Positions 44,015 to 46,347 of a stretch of 46,347 nucleotides of DNA are shown here, in pieces. The translations under genes were made by a program, and so were the position numbers. Source of the DNA: a bacterium (GTDB lineage: Bacteria > Patescibacteriota > Minisyncoccia > Minisyncoccales > CG1-02-41-26); contig JAUXAO010000001.1 of NCBI GenBank assembly GCA_030619905.1, forward strand, positions 1 to 46,347, written 5' to 3'. The notes beneath the pieces are model-generated. The model saw only the letters and a program-made list of their open reading frames with translations, did not search any database and had not been told where the DNA came from. Numbering within the stretch: the stretch's first letter is position 1; each line of letters begins with the position of its first letter.

Positions 44015-46165
44015 ATGAATTTAGATACTCCAATTAAGGAAATTCCAAGAATTGGGCCGGTCTTTTTGAAAAAACTCCAAAGGATTGGAATCAAAACAGT
44101 GGAAGACCTGCTTTTTCATTTCCCTCATCGTTATGAGGATTTTTCTGATATTCGACCAATTTCCAAGATTAAAGTAAATGAAACTTGTTGCTTGCAAGGA
44201 AAAATTCTGGAAATTGGAAATTTGAGAACGTGGAAAAAGAGAATAATTTTAACCGAAGCAATTGTTGAGGATAAAACAGGAGCAATAAAAGTTATTTGGT
44301 TTAATCAATCATATTTAACCCAAACCTTAAAACAAGGAGATTGGGTTTGCTTGGCTGGAAAGATCAGCTCTGGGAAAAAAGGAATTTACCTATCCAGCCC
44401 AGCCTATGAGAAAATACCAGTGATAAATGACAAATTATCAATGACTAATCTAACCCACACCGGTGGGATTATCCCTGTTTACCCAGAGACAGAGGGTTTA
44501 TCTTCAAGATGGCTTCGTTATATTTTAAGACCTTTATTAATAAAACTCAAAAATGAAATTCCAGAAATTTTACCTTTAGAAATAATAAAAAAATACAATT
44601 TTTTACCTAGGGCTCAAGCTCTATGGCGAGTTCACTTCCCTGATTCAATATCTTCAGCCCAAAAAGCAAAAGAAAGATTTTCTTTTGAAGGACTTTTTTT
44701 AATAGGGCTTTCAGTTTTGAAAGAAAGATTAAAATTAAACAAAGAAAAAGCACCAGCAATTCCTTTTAATGTCAATCTTACAAAAGAATTTGTTGCTTCC
44801 CTGTCTTTTAAGTTAACTGATGCCCAAAGAAAGTGCACCTGGCAAATTTTCAAGGATTTAGAGAAACCAAGACCAATGTCCCGGCTCCTAGAAGGAGATG
44901 TTGGTTCTGGGAAAACTGTAATAGCTGTAATGGCTGCTTTAAATGTTGTACGAGCCGGCTATCAAGTTGCTTTTATGGCCCCAACTGAAATTTTAGCTAA
45001 ACAGCATTTTCAAGAAGTAACTAAACTTTTAAGACCATTCAAGATAAAGATTGCCTTTTTGACTGGTAAAGAAGATAAAATTATCTCTCTGAAATTAAAG
45101 AATGAAATTTTGGAAATCTCCAGAAGAAAACTCTTGGAAAAAACAAGAAAAGGGGAAATTGATATTTTAATCGGAACTCATTCTTTAATTCAGGATAAAG
45201 TAAGATTCAAAAACTTAGCTCTCTGTATTGTGGATGAACAACATCGATTCGGAGTAAAGCAGCGAGCTCATCTTATCCAATCTCCAATGTCCAATACACA
45301 ACACCGAATAATTCCTCACTTATTATCAATGACAGCTACTCCTATCCCCCGAACTTTGGCTTTAACGGTTTATGGAGATCTTGATTTATCAATCTTAGAT
45401 GAGATGCCGAAGGGAAGAAAAAAAATAATCACTAGAGTTATTCCTCCAAAAGAAAGAGAAGAGGCCTATAATTTTGCAAAAGAGCAGACCAAATTTGGCA
45501 ATCAGGTTTTTGTTATCTGCCCAAGAATAGAATCAGGAAAATCCAAAATTAAAAAAGAAACAGCTATGGGCTGGGATGAAGTTAAAGCAGTAAAAGAAGA
45601 ATATGAAAAATTATCAAAGAAAATTTTCCCTGATTTAAAGATAGAAATGCTGCATGGAAAAATGAAGGCCAAAGAAAGAGAAAAAATAATGAAAAACTTT
45701 AAAAACAAAAAAATCGACATTTTGGTTTCAACTTCAGTGGTAGAAGTAGGGGTTGATGTTCCCGGAGCTACGGTGATGATAATTGAAGGAGCAGAGAGGT
45801 TTGGATTAGCTCAATTACATCAATTCAGGGGAAGAGTAGGAAGATCAAATTTACAATCATATTGTTTTTTGTTTACTGATTCATCAGCCAAAAGAACTCG
45901 TCAAAGATTAGAAGCAATTGTCAAAGCCGATGATGGATTTGAATTAGCCCAAAAAGATTTAGAAATCCGAGGACCAGGCAGTTTGTACGGAGTCAAACAA
46001 TGGGGAATTCCTGATTTAGCAATGGAAAATCTCAAAGACATTTCTTTGGTTGAAAAAACAAGAGAAGAAGCGAAAGAACTTTTGGCCAAAGATCCAGAAT
46101 TAAAAAAATACCCTTCTTTAAAAGAAAGGTTAGAAAAGTTTCAAAAAAGAATTCACTTGGAATAA
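44015..46165 (+). CDS. recG: ATP-dependent DNA helicase RecG
   Basis: GDVGSGKT, MAPTEILA, DEQHRFG, MTATPIPRT, QLHQFRGRVGR, DLEIRGPG. Confidence 0.97.
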   Translation: MNLDTPIKEIPRIGPVFLKKLQRIGIKTVEDLLFHFPHRYEDFSDIRPISKIKVNETCCLQGKILEIGNLRTWKKRIILTEAIVEDKTGAIKVIWFNQSYLTQTLKQGDWVCLAGKISSGKKGIYLSSPAYEKIPVINDKLSMTNLTHTGGIIPVYPETEGLSSRWLRYILRPLLIKLKNEIPEILPLEIIKKYNFLPRAQALWRVHFPDSISSAQKAKERFSFEGLFLIGLSVLKERLKLNKEKAPAIPFNVNLTKEFVASLSFKLTDAQRKCTWQIFKDLEKPRPMSRLLEGDVGSGKTVIAVMAALNVVRAGYQVAFMAPTEILAKQHFQEVTKLLRPFKIKIAFLTGKEDKIISLKLKNEILEISRRKLLEKTRKGEIDILIGTHSLIQDKVRFKNLALCIVDEQHRFGVKQRAHLIQSPMSNTQHRIIPHLLSMTATPIPRTLALTVYGDLDLSILDEMPKGRKKIITRVIPPKEREEAYNFAKEQTKFGNQVFVICPRIESGKSKIKKETAMGWDEVKAVKEEYEKLSKKIFPDLKIEMLHGKMKAKEREKIMKNFKNKKIDILVSTSVVEVGVDVPGATVMIIEGAERFGLAQLHQFRGRVGRSNLQSYCFLFTDSSAKRTRQRLEAIVKADDGFELAQKDLEIRGPGSLYGVKQWGIPDLAMENLKDISLVEKTREEAKELLAKDPELKKYPSLKERLEKFQKRIHLE

Positions 46166-46347
46166 CTTTTTCTTGGTTTGGGAGTATTCCAGAATTCTAA
46201 ACGTTTTCCAAGAATTAACCTGATTTGAGCATCTAGTGCAGGAAAAGCACCAAAAATTATCAAAGTGAAAGGAAGGAGAAACCATTGTAATATCATAGAC
46301 AAATTCTTAAACCAACTCATCTTTTTAGGTCTGGGAGGTATAAAATA
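46153..46347 (-). CDS. 3' end of a membrane protein, possibly a GT2-family glycosyltransferase (partial)
   Basis: Open frame YFIPPRPKK...LQWFLLP...FPALDAQIRL...FWNTPK...* ending at TGA 46155-46153; family call is from recollection of similar C-termini. Confidence 0.55.
   Translation of the reverse strand, partial: YFIPPRPKKMSWFKNLSMILQWFLLPFTLIIFGAFPALDAQIRLILGKRLEFWNTPKPRKSYSK

Noticed and set aside
43545-44094. Short minus-strand ORFs between comF and recG
   Set aside because: They are translations across the three tRNA genes and the ends of the flanking genes.

Overview
AT-rich bacterial chromosome segment whose gene content fits a Patescibacteria (CPR, Parcubacteria-like) genome; this taxonomy is inferred. 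It is mostly housekeeping: rpoD-dnaG, htpX-lemA, groES/EL, secG, rnj, trpS, rpsF-ssb-rpsR, recA, ftsK, rpoBC, rodA, ligA, a type IV pilus/competence cluster (pilMNO, pilB, pilT, pilC, pilins, pilD, comF) and recG. There are six tRNA genes. The most interesting non-routine signals are: (1) a free-standing two-motif LAGLIDADG endonuclease between a decayed tRNA-Leu 5' half and an intact tRNA-Leu(CAG), suggesting an intron-less tRNA-targeting homing element; (2) a 242-nt group I intron inside the anticodon (35/36) of tRNA-Asn(GUU); (3) three copies of a hairpin+promoter module heading single accessory genes downstream of that tRNA, like a cassette array; (4) an AAAGGTC motif 26-33 nt upstream of five start codons, in a window where most genes lack a Shine-Dalgarno; (5) two tRNAs that end identically in A-CT-ATG directly on the start codons of rnj and recG; (6) 7-nt periodic micro-repeats in spacers and inside recG. 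All calls are from reading the sequence; no searches were run.
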